Source: Candidatus Omnitrophota bacterium (GTDB lineage: Bacteria; Omnitrophota; Gorgyraeia; Zapsychrales; Zapsychraceae). From it: DNA of 64,000 nt. The notes below the pieces were generated by a model, which had not been told where the DNA came from, did not search any database, and was given only the letters and a program-made list of their open reading frames with translations. Below, in pieces: positions 47,125 to 55,788 of the stretch; position 1 is the stretch's first letter; each line of letters opens with the position of its first letter. The stretch covers positions 2,217 to 66,216 of the forward strand of contig JAGQKV010000026.1 in NCBI GenBank assembly GCA_020429915.1, read 5' to 3'. The position numbers and the translations under genes are program-made.

Positions 47125-47844
47125 ATGGCAATATCAAATAGTCTCACATGGATTAAGAATGTTGTCGAATGCACGGACACACCTGCGGGTCGACGTTTTG
47201 ACCTGTTCATTCAGTTCTTAATAATTTTGTCGATTGTGACATTTTCAATCGAAACCTTGCCGAATCTTGGTCAGCCAGTCAAGGCTGTCCTGCGCTACAT
47301 TGAAGTCGCCGTAGTGCTTGTATTTACTATGGAATATGCTCTGCGCATTTTAGTGTCTGGCCACAAGATAAGATTTATCTTCAGCTTTTTCGGATTGGTG
47401 GATTTTCTGGCGATTTTGCCATTCTATTTAGCCTTGGGGATAGATTTGAGGGCCATCCGGGCGCTGCGATTGTTTAGGCTTGTTTGGTTGATGAAGTTGG
47501 CACGATATGGCCGGGCAATAGAGCGTTTTCGGAAGGCCTTTGAGATTGCCAAGGAAGAAGTTGCCCTATATTTGATGTTCACTTTGATCCTGTTGTTCCT
47601 ATCTAGTGTCGGTATTTATTATTTTGAACACGATGCTCAACCGGATGAATTTCAGTCCGTGTTCCATGCAATGTGGTGGGCCGTTGCTACGCTTTCTACG
47701 GTGGGATATGGGGATATTTATCCGGTGACAGCCGGAGGGAAGGTGTTTACGTTTTTTGTCCTAATTTTGGGATTGGGGATTGTCTCGGTGCCATCGGGGT
47801 TGATTGCATCAGCGTTGATGCGAGTAAAGTCGGAAGAGTTGTAG
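47125..47844 (+). CDS. Minimal 6-TM voltage-gated potassium channel (Ion_trans; S4 voltage sensor plus GYGD selectivity filter)
   Basis: S4 RAIRALRLFRLVWLMKLARY with Arg at every third position. Pore TLSTVGYGDIYP. 239 aa, ending right after S6. Confidence 0.85.
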   Translation: MAISNSLTWIKNVVECTDTPAGRRFDLFIQFLIILSIVTFSIETLPNLGQPVKAVLRYIEVAVVLVFTMEYALRILVSGHKIRFIFSFFGLVDFLAILPFYLALGIDLRAIRALRLFRLVWLMKLARYGRAIERFRKAFEIAKEEVALYLMFTLILLFLSSVGIYYFEHDAQPDEFQSVFHAMWWAVATLSTVGYGDIYPVTAGGKVFTFFVLILGLGIVSVPSGLIASALMRVKSEEL

Positions 47845-47947
47845 GCGGTTGCAAAATGAAGCCGCTTTAAAGAAAAGCGTTCTTTTTCAGCTTGGATGGT
47901 TATTGCAACTATTATCGACTAGAACAGTAACAGTCTAAAGCATACAT

Positions 47948-48631
47948 TTGGAGGTGCAAATGGGACCAAACAGGATTATGGTATTTTATGATGGTGGATT
48001 CTTTAGGCATGGTCAAATTTACTTTAATTATAATGAGGGTCGTGGGTGGTTCAGTTTGCCACAACTACACATAACATTAGAAAAGTACGTGGCCAGTAAG
48101 ATCAAAACGCCTGTTGAAATTACTAAAGTCGTTGGGGCACACTATTATGATGGTAGACCTTCTACAAATGTGGCAGACTCGGATAGTTTAGAGAAAGATC
48201 GTAAATTTGAAATGAGCCTTATATCTGCGGGTGTGGTGCCACATTATTTAGCCCTTAGTGAGAAATTAAAAGGCTCGCCACCAGAAGAGTCATATTATTT
48301 GATGCAAAAGGGTGTGGATGTAAAGCTTGCATTGGATGCATTAGATTTTGCTCATGACAATAGATTTGACGTAGCGGTATTAATTGCAGGAGATGGCGAT
48401 TTTGTACCACTTGTTCGGAAGGTTACCTCCTTGGGTAAGCAGGTTCTGGTGGCCTATTTCGAATTCGATTCATGGAAGGACAACATAGGAAAGAATCATA
48501 AACCATGCTATGTATCACGAGAACTGATTGATGCTGCCACAGCATCACTAAACTTTAATCAATTAGTTAAGGATCGAGATTGGAAGAGTGAGATACGATC
48601 ATTGTTCTTTAAACCAAAAACTTCTGAGTGA
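47948..48631 (+). CDS. NYN-domain (LabA/YacP-like) putative ribonuclease
   Basis: IMVFYDGGFF...GVDVKLALDALDFAHDNRFDVAVLIAGDGDFVPLVRKVTSLGKQV matches the NYN signature. Confidence 0.75.
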   Translation: MEVQMGPNRIMVFYDGGFFRHGQIYFNYNEGRGWFSLPQLHITLEKYVASKIKTPVEITKVVGAHYYDGRPSTNVADSDSLEKDRKFEMSLISAGVVPHYLALSEKLKGSPPEESYYLMQKGVDVKLALDALDFAHDNRFDVAVLIAGDGDFVPLVRKVTSLGKQVLVAYFEFDSWKDNIGKNHKPCYVSRELIDAATASLNFNQLVKDRDWKSEIRSLFFKPKTSE

Positions 48632-48850
48632 CGACTTTGAACAGAACTCGAAGAATGTAGATATAAATTGTGCCAATAATAATAGGGGCCCTAATAAAAT
48701 CCGGGCACCGAAAAAAATAGATACCAAATATTACAGGGCAATCTGGAATCTTTGTTTACGGGTCCATTGACATTTTCTCATTAGAATTGGCTCCTTTCCT
48801 TGGAGCTCAATTCTACACAATTTACTCACTTGCACTCAAGAATATTTGAA

Positions 48851-49008
48851 AATCAGGGGACACAATACCTATATCCGTCAGTGCCGGGATGATTGTGTCA
48901 GAGGGTTACCAATAACAATCTGCAATCTATAATTAAAGTACTCCAAAATCCAAAATCGGGGGACACAATACCTATTTCGCGCGAGTTAAGTATTGTGTCC
49001 CCTGATTT
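48851..49008. repeat. Three copies of the element AATC(A/G)GGGGACACAATAC(C/T)T: two direct copies 100 bp apart, plus an inverted copy forming a 13-bp perfect hairpin with copy 2
   Basis: Copies at 48851-48870, 48953-48973 and, inverted, 48990-49008. Hairpin GGGGACACAATAC ... GTATTGTGTCCCC. Confidence 0.5.
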
Positions 49009-49052
49009 CCTGATTTTAGGAGTTGTGGAGTAAACAGTGAGAGGGTGAATTT

Positions 49053-49589
49053 ATGGATAAGAAAATCTTGATAGAAAAGTATTTTCAGATAGTCGTAGAT
49101 AAATTCTCTCAGTATATGGAGAGTAACGATTTTCTGTTAGAAACAAGGGAAATACAAAACAACTCGGCGCAAGTAGTTTTTCGCAGCGGAAGCCGTTATG
49201 TGAAACTGCTTATGAACCTCGACGAGAGAGATGGGCCGAACTACTTCAATATAGTCCTGGGTGAGGGCTTATCAACATATCCTGAAGCAGATTGGAACTC
49301 CATAGCATTATGGAAACTTATGGAGTCTCATAGCCATGATAATGTCGGCGAATATGCTATAAGATTGACGGATGTGAAGGATGTTGAAAAAGTTATTGAT
49401 TTGGGATTGCAGGATTTAGAGGGTTACGGAAACGAATTTATGTGCGGAAAGATATCAACATTTCGGAAAGTGCGAGGAAAATTAAACAGGGATAGGGAGC
49501 CATATATTATTCATAAGTTTGATAAAGATAAAGGCCGAGTTTCGGTTGTTGATCCCGAGTCCGAGAGGTTGCGAAAGAAGTTTAGTTGA
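49053..49589 (+). CDS. Hypothetical protein (178 aa), low GC, unknown function
   Basis: AT-rich ORF on the same strand as the upstream nuclease/channel genes. No recognisable motif. Confidence 0.5.
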   Translation: MDKKILIEKYFQIVVDKFSQYMESNDFLLETREIQNNSAQVVFRSGSRYVKLLMNLDERDGPNYFNIVLGEGLSTYPEADWNSIALWKLMESHSHDNVGEYAIRLTDVKDVEKVIDLGLQDLEGYGNEFMCGKISTFRKVRGKLNRDREPYIIHKFDKDKGRVSVVDPESERLRKKFS

Positions 49590-49730
49590 AGAAAAAATAG
49601 TGCCGTTTTCATAAGGCCCCCAAGAGCAATTCTTTATAGTATAAATCAATCGTAGTAAATGAATTAATTCATAAACCTAAGCCGTTCTCTTTCTCGTCTC
49701 TATCCGCTAAACGCTATCCGCTGAATTCGA

Positions 49731-50240
49731 TTAGAACAATGTCCCCACGGTCTTCATCGGCAGAAAAAGGCGTAAGGGTTGATCGGGGAAGGGGATGAAG
49801 CCGAATTTCAGGTAGAATCCGGCGGCCTTCTCATGGAGGGCATCGACGACCACGGCCATCGATCCGATTTGCTCTGACTGGTAGTAACTTCGCCTTAAGG
49901 CATCAATCAAAAGGCGTGGTCCTAATCCCCGCCCCGCGCAGCGTTGATCCACGGCCAACCGGCCCAGCAGGGTTGCCGGTTTGAGCTTATACGGCGACAG
50001 TTTCAGTTTCTTCAAGACCTCCGCAGAAAAATCCTCTCTGGGGACATGGAGCGCCGACAGGGTATAGTATCCCCGGACGCGACCGTCCTCATCACAATGG
50101 ACGAACACGGCTGTTTCTTTGCGTTCCATATCCAGGCGGGCGTATTTGTGCAGATAATCATTCAGGACCGGTTCAATGCAGGAAAAGGATTTTCTGTCAT
50201 GCCGTTTGTGCAGCGGCTCGGTGAGAAACTCCCCCGGCAT
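49731..50240 (-). CDS. GNAT-family acetyltransferase toxin (TacT/KacT/AtaT-like) of a type II TA system
   Basis: GNAT core LGRLAVDQRCAGRGLGPRLLIDAL. The gene sits immediately downstream of and abutting a DUF1778 gene. Confidence 0.8.
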   Translation of the reverse strand: MPGEFLTEPLHKRHDRKSFSCIEPVLNDYLHKYARLDMERKETAVFVHCDEDGRVRGYYTLSALHVPREDFSAEVLKKLKLSPYKLKPATLLGRLAVDQRCAGRGLGPRLLIDALRRSYYQSEQIGSMAVVVDALHEKAAGFYLKFGFIPFPDQPLRLFLPMKTVGTLF

Positions 50241-50507
50241 TCAGGAAACGACTTTCCGGTAATCTTGGGCGGCCTTTTTCAGGGCCTTGTTCGGCGCAGG
50301 CGGGTTGAGGAGGGCTTCAATAAAAACCTTTTGATCATTTTCACTCATGGCGAGCTCTTGGTGGCGCTGAATAATGTGGGCCGCTTCTTTGTCGGCGGCC
50401 GATGTGACGAACTCCGTTACTGAGGCAAAATTCCCCAGCGCGGCGGCCCGTGCGTAGAGCTTCTTTTTTTCTTCCGTGATCCTCGTATCCAGGCGGGCTT
50501 TTTTCAT
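50241..50507 (-). CDS. DUF1778 (RHH) antitoxin, TacA/KacA-like
   Basis: 88 aa, MKKARLDTRITEEKKKLYARAAALGNFASVTEFV, typical of the DUF1778 family. It lies upstream of the GNAT toxin. Confidence 0.8.
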   Translation of the reverse strand: MKKARLDTRITEEKKKLYARAAALGNFASVTEFVTSAADKEAAHIIQRHQELAMSENDQKVFIEALLNPPAPNKALKKAAQDYRKVVS

Positions 50508-50518
50508 AGTTCAAGTGT

Positions 50519-50550
50519 ACAACATATGTACGTACAAGTCAATGCCGGGG
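50519..50550. promoter_or_regulatory. Imperfect palindrome immediately upstream of the antitoxin start (candidate TA autoregulatory operator)
   Basis: TTCAAGTGTACAACATATGTACGTACAAGTC, with inverted TGTAC/GTACA half-sites around a central ATAT. Confidence 0.45.
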
Positions 50551-50562
50551 GGCAGCGGTTAG

Positions 50563-50710
50563 CGTATAGCGGCTAGCGGTTAGTCTCAGGCAGCGTCATT
50601 TGCGTTTAGGGCTAAGCGGTTAGTTTTCCCGGTTTGGTTCTTCACTGAATCCTCTATCCACTATTTTCTATGCACTCTCTATTCGCTAGCCGCTATACGC
50701 TAATCGCTGG
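50563..50710. repeat. Long imperfect inverted repeat built from TAGCGGT-type heptamers (AGCGGTT AGCGTAT AGCGGCT AGCGGTT ... CGCTAGC CGCTATA CGCTAAT CGCT)
   Basis: The left arm at 50563-50634 and the right arm at 50684-50710 are reverse complements over about 27 nt. Confidence 0.6.
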
Positions 50711-50878
50711 AAATAAGAGCATATACACCACATCAAAACTGACGTATACTACGCTATATCAGCCTATAAACATCAAAATTGATGGGATGTGTTGTTCCAT
50801 GTGATATTGACGCAAGGCATCATATGTGATATATTATGGGCGTATATAAGTGTAATAAATCAATAATGAGGTCTTATT

Positions 50879-51229
50879 ATGGAATGGAAAGGGATGTCGG
50901 ATGAGGCAATTCTGGAGGAGATCGGGGGGCGGATCGCCCGCTACCGGTTGAACCGGAATATGACGCAGGCGGCCTTGGCGACCGAGGCGGGGGTGTCGGT
51001 GCCGACCGTCCAGCGCGCCGAGGCGGGGCGCTCGATTCAGGGGATGAAACTCGTGCGGATCCTGCGCGTTTTGGGCCTGCTCGAAAACCTGGAGGCGCTC
51101 ATCCCCGAACCGGCCGCCAGCCCGCTGCAGCAATGGCAACAGGACGGCCGTGTGCGTCAACGGGCCTCCGGTTCCGGCCAGCCATCCGCGGATGCCGATG
51201 AGGAATGGACCTGGGGAGACGACCAGTGA
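50879..51229 (+). CDS. XRE-family HTH protein (HipB-like antitoxin)
   Basis: HTH LNRNMTQAALATEAGVSVPTVQRAE. It lies immediately upstream of and overlaps the HipA-like gene. Confidence 0.7.
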   Translation: MEWKGMSDEAILEEIGGRIARYRLNRNMTQAALATEAGVSVPTVQRAEAGRSIQGMKLVRILRVLGLLENLEALIPEPAASPLQQWQQDGRVRQRASGSGQPSADADEEWTWGDDQ

Positions 51230-52527
51230 GTGTCGCCGAGGTGCGGCTGTGGGGCCGGGCGATCGGCGCCGTGGCCTGGGATGAGGCGCGGGGGACCGCG
51301 CACTTTGAATACACCCCGGCCTTCGCGCGCAGTGCCATCGAGGTTGCGCCGTTGATGATGCCGCTTAAAGAGGGGATCTATTCGTTTCCGTCGCTGGCCC
51401 GCGAATCCTTTCACGGCCTGCCGGGACTGCTCGCCGATTCCCTGCCCGATAAATTCGGCAACGCGTTGATCGATGCCTGGCTGGCCGCACAGGGCCGTAC
51501 GCCCGCGGGATTCAATCCGGTGGAACGCCTGTGCTATATCGGGACCCGCGGCATGGGGGCGCTGGAGTTTCAGCCGGCGCGGGCGCCGTTTCGCGCGAGC
51601 GGCGAACCGCTGGACATCGCCGCGCTGGTGGAGCTGGCCTCGGCGATCCTCACCCAACGCGATTCCTTCCACGGATCGTTCGCGTCAGATGAAAAGGGAC
51701 AGGCCCTGCGCGACATCCTGCGGGTCGGGACATCCGCCGGCGGGGCGCGGGCCAAGGCGGTCATCGCCTGGAATCCGGACACCAACCAGGTCCGCTCCGG
51801 ACAGGCCGCCTCCCGGGACGGATTTCAGCATTGGATCCTCAAGTTCGACGGGGTCACCGGCAACCGCGACAAGGAGCTCGACGATCCGGCGGGCTACGGA
51901 CTGATCGAATACGCGTACGCGCTGATGGCCGCCGCGGCCGGGATCCATATGAGCGAATGCCGCTTGCTGAAAGAAGGCGGGCGCAGCCACTTCATGACGC
52001 GCCGCTTCGACCGTACCGCAGACGGGCACAAGGTCCACATGCAGTCGCTGGGCGCGCTGGCGCATTTTGATTTCAACCGGGCCGGCGCCTATTCGTATGA
52101 ACAGGCCGTGCAGGTGATCCGGCGGCTGGGCCTGCCGATGAGCGCGGTGGAAGAGCAGCTACGCCGCGCGGCCTTTAACATCGTGGCCCGCAATCAGGAC
52201 GACCACGTCAAGAACATCGCCTTTCTGATGAACAAGGCCGGACAGTGGCGGCTGTCGCCGGCCTTCGATGTGATCTACAGCTACAACCCCGACGGGGACT
52301 GGACCGCGCGGCATCAGATGTCGTTTAACGGCAAACGCGACGGCTTCACCGCCGCGGACTTCACCGCCTTCGGACGGACGGCGTCGATGAAAAAGGGACG
52401 GGCCGAAGAGATCCTCGCCGAGGTCTCCGCCGCGGTCAAACGCTGGCCCGAATTCGCCGCCGCGGCCGGGGTGGATGAGCGCACGGCGGGGAGGATCGGG
52501 AAGGCGCACCGGAAAATCAGCGGTTAG
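51205..52527 (+). CDS. HipA-family serine/threonine kinase toxin
   Basis: HipA C-terminal motif DDHVKNIAFLMNKAGQWRLSPAFDVIYS plus a HipA N-terminal-like region. A GTG start at 51226 overlapping the hipB stop is an equally likely start. Confidence 0.85.
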   Translation: MDLGRRPVSVAEVRLWGRAIGAVAWDEARGTAHFEYTPAFARSAIEVAPLMMPLKEGIYSFPSLARESFHGLPGLLADSLPDKFGNALIDAWLAAQGRTPAGFNPVERLCYIGTRGMGALEFQPARAPFRASGEPLDIAALVELASAILTQRDSFHGSFASDEKGQALRDILRVGTSAGGARAKAVIAWNPDTNQVRSGQAASRDGFQHWILKFDGVTGNRDKELDDPAGYGLIEYAYALMAAAAGIHMSECRLLKEGGRSHFMTRRFDRTADGHKVHMQSLGALAHFDFNRAGAYSYEQAVQVIRRLGLPMSAVEEQLRRAAFNIVARNQDDHVKNIAFLMNKAGQWRLSPAFDVIYSYNPDGDWTARHQMSFNGKRDGFTAADFTAFGRTASMKKGRAEEILAEVSAAVKRWPEFAAAAGVDERTAGRIGKAHRKISG

Positions 52528-52675
52528 CGTTTAGCGGTTAGGGAATAGAAAGTGAACATACGGTATCAGAACGCCTCAATCCCAAATCTTGCGCAAGACA
52601 GGGGTTCAAGTTTTTGCGGGCCGGCGCGGGGTCGAAATAGTTGACAGGTGAACTAACAGGTGATAATCTTGAAAC

Positions 52676-53377
52676 ATGTCCGTCGCCGTTAGTCCCAAGA
52701 AGATTATTCAAATCCTGATTCTCATTGCCGGTATCGGTTATTGCTGGAACGCCCTGCCGCATTCAATGGTGTGGGCGGACCTGAAGGCCAAGTTTCACGA
52801 TCCCACCGCTAACCTGGACATCCGTCCGGGGGACATCATTTTTCAGGACATCCACGGCAAGCTTTTTCGCGTGATCGAAGACGTCTCGGGCAGCCGCCTG
52901 ACGCATTGCGGGATCGTGGTCCGGCATGACGGCGATCTTTATGTGCTGGAGGCCATCGGCCCGGTGATGCTGACGCCGCTGAAGGCGTGGGTCCACCGCG
53001 GGATCGGCAGCCGTTTCGCCGTGGTGCGGCTGAAGGCGCCGTACCGGTCGCACGTCCCGGCGATCATCCGCGCCGGGTATGCCTACCTGAGCAAACCGTA
53101 TGACTTCCAGTATGAGATGACCGACGACAAGATCTACTGTTCGGAGCTGGTATACAAGGCGGTGGAGACCGCCACCGGCATCCGGCTCGGTCCGCTGCGC
53201 CGACTGGGTGATCTGAAGTGGCAGGGCCACGAAGCCTTTATCCGGGCGATGACCGGCGGGGAATTGCCGTTGGACCGCAAGATCATCACGCCCGGCGATC
53301 TGGCCGCATCCGATAAAGCGGATGTCGTCTTCTCAAACTTTATACACACCCCATCACGCAAAAAGATTCTCCGATAG
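52676..53377 (+). CDS. YiiX-family (DUF830) permuted papain-like putative hydrolase
   Basis: GDIIFQD...LTHCGIVV...DKIYCSELVYKA, with an N-terminal TM/signal. Confidence 0.65.
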   Translation: MSVAVSPKKIIQILILIAGIGYCWNALPHSMVWADLKAKFHDPTANLDIRPGDIIFQDIHGKLFRVIEDVSGSRLTHCGIVVRHDGDLYVLEAIGPVMLTPLKAWVHRGIGSRFAVVRLKAPYRSHVPAIIRAGYAYLSKPYDFQYEMTDDKIYCSELVYKAVETATGIRLGPLRRLGDLKWQGHEAFIRAMTGGELPLDRKIITPGDLAASDKADVVFSNFIHTPSRKKILR

Positions 53378-53570
53378 TTTTCCGTCCCGCCTTTCCCGGT
53401 TCACTCCGGTAATTTGATTGAATCCGCAAAATAAGAATATGTTGAACTAACTGTTTTCTCGGTAAGTAAAGGTGATACAATACCTCATGGCTCCGGGAAA
53501 GTCATAATCCCGCTCGCGTCCCAGCTTCGGTTAACGGTGTTGTCGCCTTTCCGTCATAGCCCCGGGGGAA

Positions 53571-54185
53571 ATGTCCGTTCATCTCAAAATTGCGATGAAG
53601 ACACGACTCGGCTTATTGCCCATTCTGTTAGCTGTTTTCCTAAGCTGTCCCGCCGTCTGCCCGGCGCAAGAATATCTTCCCGCCAAGGTATCCGCCGCCC
53701 TAATATTTAAAATCCTGACCTACGACCGGTCATTGCCGGAACGTTTCGGCAAGGAGGTACGTATTGGTGTCCTGTATGACCGGCAGCAGTCCGCGGAGGA
53801 GGCATTTGCCCGCGAATTTATCGAAGGTATGCAGGCCGGGGCGGCCAAGTTCAAATCCGACGGGCTTACCGCACGTGTTGAAAAGCTGGCGTACGACGGG
53901 GGGATTTCTCCGGACGAAGTGGCGGCCCTTATTCGTGAGCAGAATATCGGTGTGATCGTCACCCTTAGTAACGATGGGGCGGTCTTGCGGGACGTGGCGG
54001 CCGCCACCCGTGCGGCCAAAGTGAATTCCGTCTGCTTGCAGCAGGGGTGCCTCGATCACGGGATCGCGTTCGGTGTGCTGATCAAGGGCGCCAAGCCAAA
54101 GATGTTTGTGAATGTCCCGCGGACGCGGGAGGAAGGCAGCAATTACAGCAGCAAGTTATTGACGCTCTGCGAGAAAGTCAATTGA
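53571..54185 (+). CDS. Periplasmic DUF4154/YfiR-like protein
   Basis: Signal peptide, then KVSAALIFKILTYDRSLP, which resembles the DUF4154 family. It sits directly upstream of a sensor kinase. Confidence 0.5.
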   Translation: MSVHLKIAMKTRLGLLPILLAVFLSCPAVCPAQEYLPAKVSAALIFKILTYDRSLPERFGKEVRIGVLYDRQQSAEEAFAREFIEGMQAGAAKFKSDGLTARVEKLAYDGGISPDEVAALIREQNIGVIVTLSNDGAVLRDVAAATRAAKVNSVCLQQGCLDHGIAFGVLIKGAKPKMFVNVPRTREEGSNYSSKLLTLCEKVN

Positions 54186-54195
54186 TGGCCAAGAG

Positions 54196-55752
54196 ATGAA
54201 GAGAATTACACACCAGAAGAGTTTGCGCGTCAAGTTCGTCGTCTATGTGATGGTCATGGTTACGCTGTTGATCGGGATGTCGACATTTGTGGTGTCTCTG
54301 GCTTACCAGAGTTACGCCAAGCAGACCCTGCTCGACAATGCCACCGGCACCATCCGCGCCTTAAGCTACGGGATCAGCGCCGCCCTCGAGTTCGGTGATA
54401 AGGAGCTGATTGCCGAGTCCCTGGGACTCCTGCGCAATACCGACGAGTTTGTCTCGGCGGCCGTGTACAGTCAAAGCGGGGAATCTATTGTGGAGGTTCG
54501 CTTGAAAGAGCACGTCAGTACGCATGATTTTCGTCAGCATATGGTTCCGTTGGCTGTCCCGGTCGTAAACGAAACCGATACCATGATCGGTTCCATCGAG
54601 GCCAAAATCACGACCTCTTATCTGGAAGATGAGATGGTCACCAATATCAAGCGGATCGTCATCGGCGGATTGATATTCCTGATGGCCTCGGCCTTCTTGA
54701 CATTTACCCTGGCCGGTCGTTTTCTGACGCCGTTGCTCGAACTCAAGAAGAGGATTGAGTCCATGGCCGCGCATGGAAAGTTCGAGCAGGTCCCGGTCAA
54801 TTCCTCCGATGAGATCGGCGACCTGGCCGCCAGCTTTAATCAAATGAGCGATGCTCTGAAGAAGACCATGACCAGCCGTGACCTGTTGCAGGAGGAGGTC
54901 GAGCGCCGCAAGCAGGCCCAGCAGGAATTGCAGGAGACGCAGGACCAACTGATCCAGTCGGAAAAGATGGCGTCGATCGGACAGTTGGCCGCCGGTGTGG
55001 CCCATGAAATCAATAATCCTATCGGCTATGTCAACGGCAACGTACAGGCCCTGGTCGAATACGTGGCGATCCAGAAAAAATGGCGGGAGAAGGTGGGCGC
55101 CCTGAAGGAGTCGGTGACGAACGACGATTGGGAAAAGGCCCGGGAGACGATCACCGCGTTGAAGGAGTTCGAAGAAGAGGAACAGCTGGCCCACATCTGG
55201 AAAGATACCGACGCCTTGTTAACGGAATCCCTGGAAGGGTTGAGTCGTGTGGCCAAGATCGTGCTGGATTTAAAGACATTTTCCCGGACGGACCAGGGTA
55301 CGGACGAGGCCGTCCAGGTGGACGATGTGATCAACGGTGTGTTGAATATTGTCCACAACGAAATTAAGTACAAGTGTCAACTCGAACAGGACCTGCAGCC
55401 GGTTCCGCCTGTCCGGTGCGGTTATCAGAAACTGAGTCAGGTCCTGGTCAATCTCATCATAAATGCCGCTCAGGCGTGTGAGAAAAAAGGCACGATCCGG
55501 ATTAGGACTTTCGAGAAACAGGGGAAGGTTTGTATAGAAATCGACGATAACGGTGAGGGGATCCCGCCGGACCGGTTACCCAAGATATTCGATCCCTTTT
55601 TTACGACGAAGCCCGTCGGTGAGGGCACGGGTTTGGGGTTGAGTATCAGTTATGAAATCATTATGAAATGCGGCGGCGACATCAAAGTGCGGTCCGAGCC
55701 GGGGAAGGGGACGACCTTTACCGTTGTCCTGCCCTCCGCGGCGAAAGCATAA
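54196..55752 (+). CDS. Sensor histidine kinase (TM + HAMP + HisKA + HATPase)
   Basis: H-box AAGVAHEINNPIGYV. HATPase GTGLGLSISYEIIMKCGGDIKVRS. Confidence 0.85.
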   Translation: MKRITHQKSLRVKFVVYVMVMVTLLIGMSTFVVSLAYQSYAKQTLLDNATGTIRALSYGISAALEFGDKELIAESLGLLRNTDEFVSAAVYSQSGESIVEVRLKEHVSTHDFRQHMVPLAVPVVNETDTMIGSIEAKITTSYLEDEMVTNIKRIVIGGLIFLMASAFLTFTLAGRFLTPLLELKKRIESMAAHGKFEQVPVNSSDEIGDLAASFNQMSDALKKTMTSRDLLQEEVERRKQAQQELQETQDQLIQSEKMASIGQLAAGVAHEINNPIGYVNGNVQALVEYVAIQKKWREKVGALKESVTNDDWEKARETITALKEFEEEEQLAHIWKDTDALLTESLEGLSRVAKIVLDLKTFSRTDQGTDEAVQVDDVINGVLNIVHNEIKYKCQLEQDLQPVPPVRCGYQKLSQVLVNLIINAAQACEKKGTIRIRTFEKQGKVCIEIDDNGEGIPPDRLPKIFDPFFTTKPVGEGTGLGLSISYEIIMKCGGDIKVRSEPGKGTTFTVVLPSAAKA

Positions 55753-55788
55753 AAGATATCGAGAAACACTTAACAATCGGAGAGCCCC

